A DNA stretch of 64,000 bases from Gemmatimonadota bacterium. GTDB lineage: Bacteria > Gemmatimonadota > Gemmatimonadetes > Gemmatimonadales > GWC2-71-9. Positions 63,164 through 64,000 of this stretch are shown piece by piece (position 1 is the first letter of the stretch; each line of letters begins with the position of its first letter). The translations under genes were made by a program, and so were the position numbers. The notes under the pieces were generated by a model, which did no database searches, had not been told where the DNA came from, and saw only the letters and a program-made list of their open reading frames with translations. The DNA lies in the NCBI GenBank assembly GCA_031367105.1, contig JANLPG010000095.1:27142-91141 (forward strand), given 5' to 3'.

Positions 63164-63687
63164 GCAGCGTCTGGACGGGTGAAGGGCCAAAACGGCGTCG
63201 CTCAAGCGACAAGTTCCGAGTCGCCGTCGTGATCGGCGGTCTCTTCCTGCTGGAGTTCTACCTGCGGCCGTCGCTGGTGGAAGGGCGGGGAATGCCCGAC
63301 TTCCTGATGCTCGCACTACTACTGCTGGCGATCCGACAGCGTCCGGGCACGGCTGCCGTCACCGGTTTCGCAGTCGGCCTGATGGTGGACGTGCTGACCC
63401 CGGCGCGTTTCGGCGCTGGCATCCTGGCGCACGTTTTGGTTGGCTGGGGTGCGGCGTGGGGCCGTTCGGTCTTCTTCGCCGACAACCTGCTGGTCACGGC
63501 CGGGGTGTTCTTCGTCGGGACCTGGACGCGGAATCTGCTGGTGCTGCTGTTCAGCGGTACTTCCTCGGGGCGGTTGCTGACCGAGATGCTGGTGTGGTCA
63601 CCGCTGCAAGGGGTCACGACCGCCGCGGTGGGGGTGGTGATTGTGATGCTGTTCCGCGACTGGCTTGCGATCCGGATGGACCAGTGA
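63160..63687 (+). CDS. mreD: rod shape-determining protein MreD
   Basis: 175-aa polytopic membrane protein immediately after mreC with an ATGA overlap. Identification rests on position and hydrophobicity. Confidence 0.7.
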   Translation: MSSVWTGEGPKRRRSSDKFRVAVVIGGLFLLEFYLRPSLVEGRGMPDFLMLALLLLAIRQRPGTAAVTGFAVGLMVDVLTPARFGAGILAHVLVGWGAAWGRSVFFADNLLVTAGVFFVGTWTRNLLVLLFSGTSSGRLLTEMLVWSPLQGVTTAAVGVVIVMLFRDWLAIRMDQ

Positions 63688-64000
63688 GCGCCTTCGCCTC
63701 CTTCGAGGTGGCGCGGCGTGCGACCGGCGCCCGCTGGATCCTCGTGCTTGCCTTTGGAGTGCTTGGCTCGGCCTTTTTCAGAGCGCAAATCATCGAGCAC
63801 GATCGCTTCCGCGTCGAGGCCGGCAGCAACCGGCTGCGCCCGATCACATTGCCATCGCCGCGCGGCGACATCCTCGACCGCAACGGCCTCCCCATCGCAG
63901 AGAACATCCCCGGCTATTCGATCAAGCTGCTCGCGGCCCGCGAGGATTCCCTGCGCGCAGTGCTGGGCAGGCTGCTCGCCTACGTCCCGGCTGACTCGGT
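63684..64000 (+). CDS. mrdA: penicillin-binding protein 2 (elongasome transpeptidase), 5' partial
   Basis: Not in the ORF track because there is no stop in the window. GTG 63684 (GTGA overlap with mreD) opens VSAFASFEVARR...WILVLAFGVLGSAFFRAQIIEHDRFRVEAGSNRLRPITLPSPRGDILDRNGLPIAEN, the typical PBP2 N-terminus. Runs off the window end. Confidence 0.85.
   Translation, partial: MSAFASFEVARRATGARWILVLAFGVLGSAFFRAQIIEHDRFRVEAGSNRLRPITLPSPRGDILDRNGLPIAENIPGYSIKLLAAREDSLRAVLGRLLAYVPADS

Noticed and set aside
1-64000. CRISPR arrays, transposases/IS elements, prophage or recognisable defence genes
   Set aside because: I found no spaced direct repeats, no transposase or integrase motifs, and no restriction-modification, toxin-antitoxin or abortive-infection-type domains in any frame I read. 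By-eye scanning cannot exclude short or degenerate elements.

Overview
GC-rich bacterial chromosomal window from a diderm-type organism (mreBCD-mrdA, rseP and an OMP-like protein are present); I cannot assign a taxon from sequence alone. Most of it is two long + strand arrays of core housekeeping genes, with many 1/4/8-nt start-stop overlaps. Array 1 (1.2-30.9 kb) runs rpsU-yqeY-mutS2-dnaG-Zn ribbon-recJ-rsmD-coaD-pta, then a STAS/kinase/PP2C partner-switching trio, rsmA, rex, a dnaQ-like exonuclease, an MBL hydrolase, infC-rpmI-rplT-pheST, zapA, rny, folD, xseAB-ispA-dxs, nadK and recN. Array 2 (37.2-64 kb) runs aroA-cmk-rpsA, an interleaved acyl-CoA carboxylase cluster, rplM-rpsI, rpsB-tsf-pyrH-frr-uppS-cdsA-dxr-rseP, rpsO-pnp, an M16 peptidase, ald, dut and mreBCD-mrdA (truncated at the window edge). 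The one clearly accessory segment is a ~6.3 kb island (30.8-37.1 kb). It holds an OMP-like protein, tRNA-Leu(UAA), and a tandemly duplicated convergent cassette of a type IV pilin gene facing a bitopic membrane-protein gene. The second pilin copy has lost the prepilin-peptidase signature. The island also carries a stand-alone CheY-like receiver and a PilB/GspE-type ATPase fused to a C-terminal receiver domain. No platform protein, prepilin peptidase or secretin is present, and this island is my best candidate for an undescribed system. Other notable signals are a promoter, structured leader and intrinsic terminator followed by a 14-codon uORF whose stop overlaps the infC GTG start. There is also a near-consensus Rex operator abutting the rex ATG, and an acyl-CoA carboxylase alpha subunit apparently split by an rRNA methyltransferase gene. 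The many long antisense ORFs in the track are treated as GC-driven shadow ORFs. All identifications rest on motif recognition by eye; no database search was run.
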